Position numbers and translations under genes: made by a program
The notes under the pieces: model-generated
Told to the model about the DNA's origin: nothing
Database searches by the model: none
What the model saw: the letters and a program-made list of their open reading frames with translations, nothing else
From: Clostridia bacterium
Lineage (GTDB): Bacteria > Bacillota > Clostridia > Christensenellales > DTU072
Assembly: GCA_045535785.1 (NCBI GenBank)
Contig: JAZSMH010000047.1
Location: 8,250 to 72,249, forward strand
Direction: 5' to 3'
Length of the DNA stretch: 64,000 nucleotides
Shown: positions 1-10,898 of the stretch, piece after piece
Layout: every line of letters begins with the position of its first letter
Numbering within the stretch: the stretch's first letter is position 1

Positions 1-1
1 A

Positions 2-950
<949 letters not shown>

Positions 951-955
951 ACGTA

Positions 956-1633
956 TTAGTTAGAACCAAGTTTGTTAAACGGACACACCGCGATACATAT
1001 ACCGCACACAGAGCCCCTACCGATATCACGGTAGGCTTTTTTCATATGGTCGGAGCATTTTTTCGCATCGAAGATAGTATCTCTATCGGCACCGCTTACG
1101 TATTCGTTGCCTTTTATAGCGTTAGCAGGGCAAGAAGTGTAACACTTATTACAGGTACCACAACTTATATCTTTAGGAACCCTATCTGGAGTAAGTGGTT
1201 TATCAATAAGTACGGTACATAGTCTAACTTTACTGCCGTATTCGTAGTGAATAAATAGTGCGTTCTTACCAATGAAGCCGTTGTTAGATTTTACCGCCGC
1301 CGTCTTGTGAGGGAAAGCACCGCTATAAGGATCTTGTACGGACGATTGACTAGCGGGCACCATTTTTACTTTGTAGCCTAGTTTTTCTAGATAGAGCGAC
1401 GCGTATAGCGCAAGTTGATCTAGCGCGAAGTTAACAGTGCGGTAGTGATGGAAGTATTCGTACGTAGGCGCGTAGATATTCTTTACTTCTTCAAAATAAC
1501 TATCTAGGAGCTTTATACCGATAGTTATCGCACCTTTATATTGACCGTAGTTTAGGTCGCTTATATCGGAAAAACCAACGAAGCTTGCGCCTTTTTCTAA
1601 CAATTTTTCTTTCAATTCAAAAAACTTTTCCAT
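956..1633 (-). CDS. Epoxyqueuosine reductase-like (QueG family) 4Fe-4S protein
   Basis: HKTAAVKS..GFIGKNAL...YGSKVRLCTVL, CxxCxxCxxxCP and CxxCxxxCP clusters. Confidence 0.7.
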   Translation of the reverse strand: MEKFFELKEKLLEKGASFVGFSDISDLNYGQYKGAITIGIKLLDSYFEEVKNIYAPTYEYFHHYRTVNFALDQLALYASLYLEKLGYKVKMVPASQSSVQDPYSGAFPHKTAAVKSNNGFIGKNALFIHYEYGSKVRLCTVLIDKPLTPDRVPKDISCGTCNKCYTSCPANAIKGNEYVSGADRDTIFDAKKCSDHMKKAYRDIGRGSVCGICIAVCPFNKLGSN

Positions 1634-1760
1634 ACTTATATTATACCTAGCACGCGTAAGTTTTGCAAGTAAGATAGGGTAAGATTCCCCACTCGGTTGA
1701 CATTAGGCTTTACTATTAATATAATAGTAGAGTCATTAATTTTTGCAAGAAGGTAATTTT

Positions 1761-2651
1761 ATGATTTACGAAAAGTGGATGCAATATTGCGACGATAACG
1801 CGCGCATTATAGATTTAATTATCCCGTCGGCACACGGTTGCGAAAGCTATTCTTTTAAGGAATCAAAGCGTTGTCAAGACGGTGATTTTTACGACCAATT
1901 TAGATATGGAGCAAGATATTTTAAGTTGATGCTCGACACCGACGAAAAAGGTAATATCGTCCTTACGCGAGGGCTTACAAAAGGGGAAAAACTCGAAGAA
2001 GTCTTGAAAGATTTTGCAAAAATCATAATGACGAGCGAAGAATTTTTTATTATAGAAATAGGCGTACACCCGGTGCAAAAATCGGTAGGTAACTTAGGTT
2101 ATCAATTCTTTGCCGATAGGACGAAAGTCAACGAGCTTATCGCTAAATATTTAGAGCCTTCTCTTTACGCCTACGACAATCGTAAAGAATTGCAACGCGC
2201 TACGCTAGGCGACATGAAAGAATTAGGCAAGCGCTATATTCTTGTCAACCGCGACGGCGAATACAACTATAGCGTTGATACCGATATTTTCACCCCATGG
2301 CGCAATATACTTAGCGAAAAGAAGGGACTAACTGTATCCGATCCCGTAGGCTTTTTCGTTGAATACGATTTAAGCGGCAAGTTTTGGATAACTTCCCAAC
2401 ACACGATAAAAGCGGAATTTACCAAGCCCATCACCATACCGCGTAGAGCGGATATTTATTATGGCAAACGCTACCTCGCGCTCGTTTCTGCACTAGGCAC
2501 GCATAGAGAATATCTCGAAAAAGCCAACGTTATTAGCGCGGATTTTCTCACCGAGAATTACACAAAATCGCGTGGAATACTCATTCTTAACGTGTTAAAA
2601 GATAACGTAAAATCAGACAAAATTAGCGATTTTATAAAAGGACTTTGGTGA
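1761..2651 (+). CDS. PI-PLC X-domain-like phosphodiesterase (divergent)
   Basis: LIIPSAHG...CQ...DQFRYGARYFKL resembles the PI-PLC L.IPGTHDS..CQ..QL..G.RYFD motif; start set at the ATG after the GAAGG RBS. Confidence 0.5.
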   Translation: MIYEKWMQYCDDNARIIDLIIPSAHGCESYSFKESKRCQDGDFYDQFRYGARYFKLMLDTDEKGNIVLTRGLTKGEKLEEVLKDFAKIIMTSEEFFIIEIGVHPVQKSVGNLGYQFFADRTKVNELIAKYLEPSLYAYDNRKELQRATLGDMKELGKRYILVNRDGEYNYSVDTDIFTPWRNILSEKKGLTVSDPVGFFVEYDLSGKFWITSQHTIKAEFTKPITIPRRADIYYGKRYLALVSALGTHREYLEKANVISADFLTENYTKSRGILILNVLKDNVKSDKISDFIKGLW

Positions 2652-2652
2652 T

Positions 2653-3324
2653 ATGAAATTAACGATTTTAGGTAATTACGGGCCGTATCCAACTAACAAC
2701 GGCAACCTAAGCGGTTACGCAGTAGAAGACAACGACTTTTTAATGCTTCTCGATATGGGTAGCGGTACGCTTTCTGAGTTTTTAAGTAAGTTTGATATAA
2801 AGAAATTAGACGCGATTTTTATTTCGCACCTACATTTTGACCACACGTCCGACCTACTTCCTTTTAGGTATTTATTGGACGCAATCGGCAAAAAAATCAC
2901 CGTTTTCACCGAATTTAGCGACACCGAGTATTACAAAATCCTATTTAATCACCCATTAATTGACTGTATTAACGTCAGCTATAAAGATACGATAGAATAT
3001 AAAGGTAGAACGTTTTCTTTTTATCGTATGAAGCACGGCGCACCCACGCTAGGTATCAAAATAAAGGGTGAAAAAACCTTCTTCTATACGGGCGACACCG
3101 CGTATTTTGACGAGCTCAATACTATCATAAACGACGTTGATATAGTACTTGCAGATTGCGCCCAAAGTCCCGATTTTTGCGGTGGTCACATGACGGTAGA
3201 ACAGGGCATAAATCTAGCAAAAACCTTCAAAAATACAAAGTTCATTTTTACCCATTTAAGCCCCAATTATGAGATAAAAGAAATATTACCCAATAACGCG
3301 GAAATTGCTACGTTATGCGAGTAG
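2653..3324 (+). CDS. MBL-fold metallo-hydrolase (RNase Z-like)
   Basis: LDMGSG, ISHLHFDH (HxHxDH), YTGDT, THLS motifs. Confidence 0.85.
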   Translation: MKLTILGNYGPYPTNNGNLSGYAVEDNDFLMLLDMGSGTLSEFLSKFDIKKLDAIFISHLHFDHTSDLLPFRYLLDAIGKKITVFTEFSDTEYYKILFNHPLIDCINVSYKDTIEYKGRTFSFYRMKHGAPTLGIKIKGEKTFFYTGDTAYFDELNTIINDVDIVLADCAQSPDFCGGHMTVEQGINLAKTFKNTKFIFTHLSPNYEIKEILPNNAEIATLCE

Positions 3325-3352
3325 AATAGATAAATGCAAATCAACATCACTT

Positions 3353-3390
3353 AAAAAGCGTGTCATGAATATATCATAACACGCCTTTTT
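3353..3390. terminator. Bidirectional intrinsic terminator
   Basis: A-run, GCGTGT..../..ACACGC imperfect hairpin, T-run, between convergent genes. Confidence 0.6.
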
Positions 3391-3410
3391 ATTTGTGATA
3401 AAGTTTAATA

Positions 3411-4247
3411 TTATTTGCCTGCGGAGAAATCGTTAAGCACGTAGGATATATTATTTTCTACTATTTTTACAGGGAGCTTTACACTCTTGATTAGCGATAT
3501 ACCGCCGTAAGAATAATCCTTATTTTCGGGTAAGTAGTATACGGTGAGTCCACTACCTACGGGATTTTCGTTTCTGCTTACCGTTACCGAATTAGCGCTT
3601 ATTACGTTAGTGCCGAATTTGTCGGTTTCTACCGTTACAGTTGCGGAGTCACTTTGATAAGTACAGCCTACTTCGTAAGCAGTATTATTGAATGGATCTG
3701 CAATCTTTATTGAAGAAGGTACGCTTGCTACGTCGTAGCAACGGATATAGAAGTAAATAAATTCGTTATCGGTGTAGTTAGCGTTACCAACGTTGATTTT
3801 ACCCGAAGTGTTCTTATCGCTTGCACTAGGATAGGTGATATCGTATACGTAATTCTTGCCGTCGTGACGAGCATTGAGCACGTAATCGTTCTCGCAGTTT
3901 TGAAGGTCAACGTAAGTACGCTTTAAGCTAATAACGTTTTGAACTCTCGTATAGAATGTGGTATCAAGAGTACATACGCCGTTACGAGTTAAACTTACCG
4001 TAACTTTGGTATCAGCCTTAGGATAAGCGCCCTTTTCTTCCGCGGTTAGGTTAGTGGTAGTTACCATATTCACGCTACCTACCTTAGTCGTACCACCGTT
4101 TACTTCGCTATCGTACATAGAATAGTTTAGACTTTCGTTGCTTGCCCAAGCTTGTTGTACCGTAATGCCACCACCTGTGCATGCACTAAAAAGAAGAGCG
4201 GATACAGCGACTACTACGCATACTGCTACAATTATTGCCTTTTTCAT
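3411..4247 (-). CDS. Hypothetical lipoprotein
   Basis: MKK + hydrophobic stretch + LFSAC lipobox; beta-rich body. Confidence 0.7.
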   Translation of the reverse strand: MKKAIIVAVCVVVAVSALLFSACTGGGITVQQAWASNESLNYSMYDSEVNGGTTKVGSVNMVTTTNLTAEEKGAYPKADTKVTVSLTRNGVCTLDTTFYTRVQNVISLKRTYVDLQNCENDYVLNARHDGKNYVYDITYPSASDKNTSGKINVGNANYTDNEFIYFYIRCYDVASVPSSIKIADPFNNTAYEVGCTYQSDSATVTVETDKFGTNVISANSVTVSRNENPVGSGLTVYYLPENKDYSYGGISLIKSVKLPVKIVENNISYVLNDFSAGK

Positions 4248-4411
4248 TTATACCTCGAGAACAAATGTATTACCTATTTTTTAGATAGTATACGAAAATC
4301 TTTTGATATTGTCAATTATTTGTATGAAAAAGCAAGTTAAAGAGTTATCCAAATTGACTTAAAGTGCGTATTGTGCTAATATAGATAGGAACAAACGAAG
4401 AAGGCGAAATT

Positions 4412-5491
4412 TTGGACTATTTATTTTTTGACATAGAAGCAAGCGAAGGTAAGAGTATCTGTAGCTTTGGATACGTCCTTACCGACGAGAATTTTAATAT
4501 TTTAGAGAAAAAGGACGTGCTTATTAATCCCGAAGCGCCCTTTTGCACCCAAGCAAGAAGCAAGAAAAAACAACAGGACGAGAAACATAAAGGTATTACT
4601 CTAGCATATCCACCCGAAGTTTTTTGTAGCAACCCCAATTTTACAAAAAGACACGCTATTATCAAAGAATTGCTCGAAAAAAAAGACCGTATAATTATGG
4701 GCTTTTCGCACGTAAACGACGCTAGATATTTGCGTATTGCTTGCACTAGATACTCTTTACCGCACTTTAATTACGAATTCTTCGACGTCCAAGATGCTTA
4801 CCGCGCTTACAAGAAGATAAAAGAACAAATGAGCCTAGAAAAAATCATCGCCGAGCTCGGTGTAAATATCGACGGATATACTTTGCATAAGAGCGTTGAC
4901 GATGCCGAGATAAGCATGCTTGTTGCCAAAGGCGTTTGCGAAAGTCTTAACGTAAGTCTACCCGAACTTATAGAAAAATTCCCTGCTAACCGCGGCAAGA
5001 ACACCGACGGTAAAGTTATCTACAACGGCACCAAAGCTGACTACAACTACCGCAAAATAATAAGAACGGTCACGCGCAACGCCCTCTACAATTTTGCAAA
5101 AGGCTTGAAGTTTAATAAGACGAGCCACCTTTTTTGCGGCAAAAAATTCTGTGCGTGTTCTACCTTTGAACGCGACGATATTAATTTTGCACTAAGAGCA
5201 GTGTACGAACTTAACAAAGTAGGCGGTAAGTACATCGGTAGCGTAATGCACTGCGACTACTATATCGTATTCGATAACGACGTAACTAACGGTAGAGATA
5301 GACAAGCGCTCGCTCTCGATAGACAAAAGAACGAACCCAATTTTAAGGTGATCACTGAGCGAGAGTTCTACGATATGTTAGGCTGTCAAAAAGAACAAAT
5401 ATTGCAAGTTAAGGCTCCCGTAATTGATAGAACGATTACCCAACTTAACAAAACGATTAAAGAAATTATGCAAAAAGCGAACGAAAATTAG
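4412..5491 (+). CDS. DEDDh 3'-5' exonuclease (DnaQ-like) with a probable degenerate BRCT C-terminus
   Basis: FFDIEAS (ExoI), DARYL, HKSVDDA (ExoIII); C-terminal GGKY..SV...DYYI...ITEREF resembles BRCT; TTG start. Confidence 0.75.
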   Translation: MDYLFFDIEASEGKSICSFGYVLTDENFNILEKKDVLINPEAPFCTQARSKKKQQDEKHKGITLAYPPEVFCSNPNFTKRHAIIKELLEKKDRIIMGFSHVNDARYLRIACTRYSLPHFNYEFFDVQDAYRAYKKIKEQMSLEKIIAELGVNIDGYTLHKSVDDAEISMLVAKGVCESLNVSLPELIEKFPANRGKNTDGKVIYNGTKADYNYRKIIRTVTRNALYNFAKGLKFNKTSHLFCGKKFCACSTFERDDINFALRAVYELNKVGGKYIGSVMHCDYYIVFDNDVTNGRDRQALALDRQKNEPNFKVITEREFYDMLGCQKEQILQVKAPVIDRTITQLNKTIKEIMQKANEN

Positions 5492-5496
5492 TTGAT

Positions 5497-5526
5497 AAAA
5501 AAAGCAGATGAAGACCTGCTTTTTTT
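5497..5526 (+). terminator. Intrinsic terminator
   Basis: AAAAAAGCAG-atgaagac-CTGCTTTTTT. Confidence 0.7.
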
Positions 5527-5700
5527 AATGATGCTATGTTAATGATGCCACTTCGTTAATGATGCCGTTGCACTAATGATGCCGCTACGCTAATTAAGGA
5601 TAAAAATATATTAACCCAACTGCGCTGCGGTCGCCACCGCTGATGTATGCCTTGCAGCAAATGATGTATCGTACTCCGTACGAAATTATGGATATTTTAT
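5526..5700 (+). repeat. Two short ATGATG(C/T) motif + hairpin arrays (REP/BIME-like family)
   Basis: TAATGATGC x4 at 5526, 5540, 5557, 5574; TGATGTAT at 5641 and 5662; the last ~34 bp match the reverse complement of 14956-14990 at all but two loop bases. Confidence 0.75.
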
Positions 5701-5831
5701 CCGCGTTACTATAGCAACACAACCTGCAAAATCGACATTTTCAAAAAAAGATATTGTAATTTGCGCGCGTGTGTGCTATAATACTTTTGCTAATTATTTA
5801 TTAATAAATATTTTTAGAGGTAGAAGCGGAT

Positions 5832-8800
5832 ATGATAAGAAGTTTTAAGGCGAAAGTGGCGATAACAATCCTTATGGCGCTACTTATAATTATGCTCGGA
5901 CTTACCGTTGTAGTGAGCGAGCAAGAAGGAAGCGCAATTTCTCTAAAAGGCGCAGACGATTCCCTTAATTATTACACCGCTGATTTTGATACCGAGTGGA
6001 CGACTTCTACTTATCACAACGCTCCCGATTTTACCCTAGATACTTTCCTTGGTAAGAACGTTATTTCTTACTTCTTAGATACCAATTACGACGAACAATA
6101 TTCTACCACCGCGTCCATTATTTCTAGTAAGACCGACGCATTCAAGGTAGACGGCGTACTACAATTTTATTACTACACAAGACAAGAAAAATCTTTACCC
6201 CACGTTATTTCCGCATACGGCAGTAGCAACGGTGAAGATTTTTATTTTATGGACGAAGCTATTTGCTTCGACAACGGTGCCGATAGCAAGACTTGGTCGC
6301 CTGCTTCTCTTGATATAAAGGCAGGTACCGAGTATCTTAAACTCGATTGGACGGTTTATTTTGGCAAGGTTGACGGTGTAGATAAGGAAGACGGTGCGCT
6401 CGTTTTTAATCTTGACGATATCACGGTTACTTGCGTAGAAGACACCGATTTTGCATATACCGAGTTTAATTTTGAACTTGTTAAGTCGGCGTATTACTAC
6501 GACGGTAGCGTTATCACGCCCGAGTATAACGTTAGCGCAGACACCCTGCACGATTTTTACACCACCTATCGTTTTGAACAAGGCGGTAGCGCGATAGAGC
6601 CCGTTCACGTAGGTAGTTACGACCTCGTAGTAGACCTTCATAACCAAGCAGGAAGACTTTGTGCAACCTTTACCGATACGGTAGAGATATTGCCTGAGAC
6701 CGTAACTTTAGATAGTTACGAAATTATCAATAACGGCACTTATGCCGTAATAACCAACGCTACCTTCGTCGATGCAAAGGGCAGAAAGGTTAGTATAGAA
6801 GAAGCGGACGTAAGAAGAGTTTACGACGGCACGCAAGAGGTGATTATCGAAGTAGGTAGCACCGATTTTACACCCTATCAAACTAATTTAGGCATTATAG
6901 CAACAGACGTCACCGCACCTTATGCTTTTTATCAAAATAGCGATTACGTTACGTGCGTATATGACGGTACGGTAAAAAGCGTCAGCGATAACTTAAAAGT
7001 TTTCTCTTCCTACGATTTTGATAACGACACCTACGTCGATTATAGCGCCGCTTTCGCTATCACCTATTTTGATAGCGAGGGTAACGAAACCGAGCCCAAA
7101 TACGTAGGCACTTATACCTACTCTATACCTTTTGGTAGAAGAGAGATAAAAGGCACGTTAGAGATAACTCCACGCCTAATTAACTACGGTGATTACGTTG
7201 GTAGTGCTAATCTTGACAAAAAATACGATGGCACGACTTTCTTATCTGTGGACGGAGTTATTAGCAATACTTTACCGACCGACAGTATCGTTTTATCCGA
7301 TATCCTTGACGGAGATATCGTCAATATAAGTTACGAAAAAGCAACTTATGTCAAAGACGTAGGACTTACCTATCTCGCTCTCGATGGGATAACCCTAAGC
7401 GGTGATAGCGCAAGTAATTACGCAATAAGCGAAGACTTCTACGTTAACGCAACTGCAAGGATTACCGCTACCACTCTTATTTTGAATTCTCTCAACACGA
7501 GCGACGGTGTAATCAGCGTAGAGGATAAAGAATACGATGGTAACGATTCCGCTAATCTAGTAGGACCTTCTTCCGCACTTGATATGCTAGGCGCAGGCAA
7601 CACGGTGGTAACGGTATCCGACCTTACCGCTACCTTCGACGGTGTAGACAGCGGATTACGCGGAGTTAAGCTAGAAGTTACCAACAGAGCGTTGTTTGAT
7701 AGATTCTTGCCCGAGGTTATTATAAATACCGAATTGAGCGCCAACGTAACCAAGCGCAATCTTCAAGCAGAAGTGAGTTTAGTGAGCGATACGGAAAAAG
7801 AGTACGACGGCACCACTAATGCAAAGCCTATCATTAGCACCCTTAGTTTAATTAACGTAGAAGATTACGGCGACGGCTTTATCGATATCGTTAATTTAGG
7901 AACGTATTCAGTTAAGTACGAATCAGCTTTATACAATAACGCCAACGCAGGCGACAAGAAGATAACCGTTACCGGTATTAGCATGTTAAGTAACGATTAT
8001 AAGCAAAATTCCGTCTTAAACAACTACTATATTGATAACGTCGTATTCGACGGAGTTATCAAAGCGAAACAAATATCCATTCTCACCGAGTACGTCCGTA
8101 TATACGAAGGCGAGGCGTTGCCTAACTTAAGGACCACCGCTAGCGAAATGGGTATCACCGCGATGACTATCCACGCTAATATTTTGGACGCGGAGAATAA
8201 TACTAACGCTATCTCTAACGTAAGAATTCCTTCAGGCGAATATTTTATAAGAGTAAGCTGTACTTCCAATAACTACACCCTAGGCGGAGCAGGCTATGCA
8301 ATAATTCCCCTTACCGTTACCGCTATTGACGAAAAGATATCTCAAGAGATCGTTATTGATAACGTCAATATGATTTCTAAAAAAATCACTATGCTTGTGG
8401 GTGGTGAATTCACCCTTAATGCAATAAGCTACACCAAATACGCAGGTACCGTTTACGAAACAGGCCTCATGCCCGAATTTAAGGCGAGCGGTAGCGTAGG
8501 TAGTGTAAGTAGCGACGGCACGATTTACGCCAACACCGTAGGCTCGTTCACGGTTACCGTTTCACAAAGTGGTAACGAGAATTATAACAAAGCAAAAGAT
8601 ATCATTTTGAGCGTTGATGTAAAACAAGATAAACTCAACGCCGAGTACGAATATACCGACAATCTCTACGTTGACGACGAATTACCCGACCTTAACGGAC
8701 ACGTTAATGTAAAAGTAGGCGCATATCCCGTTATAGGTAGAATAGAAAAAGGCGACGGACGCGTCCTATTAGGCGAGAACAAATATACATATTATTTCGT

Positions 8801-10859
8801 AGCAGACACGTATTACGAAGAATATTTTTTCGAAGGCACTTTACCTACTAGATACGAGCTCGGTTACGACGGTAGGTACGTAGTTAGCGAAGATACCTCG
8901 TACGTACCAGGCAAGGTATACTATTCGTTAGAGGGTACTCCTGCTGACGTTGCCGAGGGCGAAAACATAATCAATTCTGCTATTTTTTATTACGAGCTCG
9001 TCGATGACGTATTCGTATTAACCAACGATATAGTAGTTGATAAAGACAAGACGTATTATACGGTTACAGGAAAACTTGACGAAACGAGAACAATAGTAGG
9101 TATCTTGTACGAAAAGGTAGGGGAAGACTACGTAATAACTTCCGATAGTGAAATGCTCGCAGGTAAGACCTATTATTACCAAACCAAGAGCGTTTATGGT
9201 AGGACGCCTTTTACTGTAATTCTATTAGCCAATAAGCGCGCCCTTAACGTAACGCTAGACGGTAGCTATAGTATCGCATACGGCGAGAACTTCGACTTTA
9301 TTAACGCGCTATCAAGTGCAGAAATAGACGGACAACCGATTAGTTACGACGATATCGTTAATAAGCTCTTTGGTGGCGGCTTTGTGCTCAATCTAGTGAA
9401 TACCGAAGGTGCCGTTGCCGTCAACGTAAACGAACTATTGCCTAACGTCTACGCTATTGACGTAGCTATGGGTGTAGAAGATAGCTACTACGTTGATTTT
9501 GACGACGAGAGCCTCGTTTACGACGTAATTCTTAACGGTAACGTGACGTTAACCGTCCAAAGAAGCGTGCTCAATATAGGAATAGAGAATTTTGAAAAAT
9601 ACTACTATCAAGATTTACCTACCAAGGAAGAACTACTTGCTTTGTTAAAAATCAGCGGTAGTCATAGAGAAGAAGATATAGACACGATTCTCGCTAGCGT
9701 AGTGGTTACCCTTACTATTGATAAATATTCCTCTCCCGGTCAATATTCAGTCCTTCTCGACGGCAATACTACCCTCGATAATTACGAGCTCACCTTCGTT
9801 GAAGGATACGTTAGCGTGCTACCCGTTCCCATAACCGTCTATGCATCAACCAACGGCCACGAATACGGCAGAAGAGTAAGCGCAGTTAACTTGAATATCC
9901 TATTCGATAACGCCAATTACTACTCAAGAGAAGATATGATAATTTTACAAGATATCATTTCGGATAACGTAATCTTGACGGTAGACGTAACCAATGATTC
10001 ACCCGTAGGCGACTACTATATCGAGTTTAATTACACCGCCGACAATAATTTTTATGAGTTCAAATATATCGATTCTTACTACGTAGTAAGGACTTCAACC
10101 TTTACCGATATGTTGTTTAATGACAAACACGTTCTCTATGACGGTAATAGGCATACTATGGAGATAGAATACGACGTAAATCAATGGCCGAATATCAAGG
10201 TAGAATATAACTACACCTATTTCGTTGAACCGGGTGAATATACCTTCGTTGCAACGGTTTCACAAGCTAACTACACCACAGCAGTGCTAGAAGCAACCCT
10301 CTACATAGGCGTACTCACTATCCAAAGCAGTAACCTTACGAATAACTTCGTTCAAATGACCATCATTGACGAAACCTGCCTAACGGGTATCAATAGCGCG
10401 TACGAGCTCACTTTGATAAAAGCGGAAGAGCTAACTAGCGCCCAAGCGGACGTTATCAATGAAAAAATGTCCGAATACAACGTGTTTGGCGTATATAACG
10501 TATTGATTAGTCACGGTGTAGAAAGCGTTATTATGGGATATACGGGATACGAGCTTAAATTATCCCCGGCAGACTTTAAGAATAGCGAAAGAGTAAAACT
10601 CTTTGGTTATAAAGACGGACAATATCAAGAACTAGAATATAACTACGAAGACGGCATGATCATCGTCACCGTTGATAGTCTAGAAGGTATCACCATCGTA
10701 GAAGAGATAATCAAAGAGGTGGATATGACTAGCGCGTGGATATTCGTAGTGATTATAGTTATCGTAATGCTACTCGTGCTAGGAATAATATCAAAGCACT
10801 TCAAAAAACATAAGAAGTTCAAAGCCAAGAGTCGCAAGCGCCACCATAGATGGGCATAA
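5832..10859 (+). CDS. Large membrane-anchored surface protein with YDG-like and MBG-like repeat domains
   Basis: N-terminal signal/TM, repeated K(E/K)YDG motifs, MBG-like segments, C-terminal TM followed by a basic tail (KHFKKHKKFKAK). Confidence 0.8.
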   Translation: MIRSFKAKVAITILMALLIIMLGLTVVVSEQEGSAISLKGADDSLNYYTADFDTEWTTSTYHNAPDFTLDTFLGKNVISYFLDTNYDEQYSTTASIISSKTDAFKVDGVLQFYYYTRQEKSLPHVISAYGSSNGEDFYFMDEAICFDNGADSKTWSPASLDIKAGTEYLKLDWTVYFGKVDGVDKEDGALVFNLDDITVTCVEDTDFAYTEFNFELVKSAYYYDGSVITPEYNVSADTLHDFYTTYRFEQGGSAIEPVHVGSYDLVVDLHNQAGRLCATFTDTVEILPETVTLDSYEIINNGTYAVITNATFVDAKGRKVSIEEADVRRVYDGTQEVIIEVGSTDFTPYQTNLGIIATDVTAPYAFYQNSDYVTCVYDGTVKSVSDNLKVFSSYDFDNDTYVDYSAAFAITYFDSEGNETEPKYVGTYTYSIPFGRREIKGTLEITPRLINYGDYVGSANLDKKYDGTTFLSVDGVISNTLPTDSIVLSDILDGDIVNISYEKATYVKDVGLTYLALDGITLSGDSASNYAISEDFYVNATARITATTLILNSLNTSDGVISVEDKEYDGNDSANLVGPSSALDMLGAGNTVVTVSDLTATFDGVDSGLRGVKLEVTNRALFDRFLPEVIINTELSANVTKRNLQAEVSLVSDTEKEYDGTTNAKPIISTLSLINVEDYGDGFIDIVNLGTYSVKYESALYNNANAGDKKITVTGISMLSNDYKQNSVLNNYYIDNVVFDGVIKAKQISILTEYVRIYEGEALPNLRTTASEMGITAMTIHANILDAENNTNAISNVRIPSGEYFIRVSCTSNNYTLGGAGYAIIPLTVTAIDEKISQEIVIDNVNMISKKITMLVGGEFTLNAISYTKYAGTVYETGLMPEFKASGSVGSVSSDGTIYANTVGSFTVTVSQSGNENYNKAKDIILSVDVKQDKLNAEYEYTDNLYVDDELPDLNGHVNVKVGAYPVIGRIEKGDGRVLLGENKYTYYFVADTYYEEYFFEGTLPTRYELGYDGRYVVSEDTSYVPGKVYYSLEGTPADVAEGENIINSAIFYYELVDDVFVLTNDIVVDKDKTYYTVTGKLDETRTIVGILYEKVGEDYVITSDSEMLAGKTYYYQTKSVYGRTPFTVILLANKRALNVTLDGSYSIAYGENFDFINALSSAEIDGQPISYDDIVNKLFGGGFVLNLVNTEGAVAVNVNELLPNVYAIDVAMGVEDSYYVDFDDESLVYDVILNGNVTLTVQRSVLNIGIENFEKYYYQDLPTKEELLALLKISGSHREEDIDTILASVVVTLTIDKYSSPGQYSVLLDGNTTLDNYELTFVEGYVSVLPVPITVYASTNGHEYGRRVSAVNLNILFDNANYYSREDMIILQDIISDNVILTVDVTNDSPVGDYYIEFNYTADNNFYEFKYIDSYYVVRTSTFTDMLFNDKHVLYDGNRHTMEIEYDVNQWPNIKVEYNYTYFVEPGEYTFVATVSQANYTTAVLEATLYIGVLTIQSSNLTNNFVQMTIIDETCLTGINSAYELTLIKAEELTSAQADVINEKMSEYNVFGVYNVLISHGVESVIMGYTGYELKLSPADFKNSERVKLFGYKDGQYQELEYNYEDGMIIVTVDSLEGITIVEEIIKEVDMTSAWIFVVIIVIVMLLVLGIISKHFKKHKKFKAKSRKRHHRWA

Positions 10860-10898
10860 ATTAGTTAAGAAAAAAACAATATAAAGGAAGAGAGAAAC

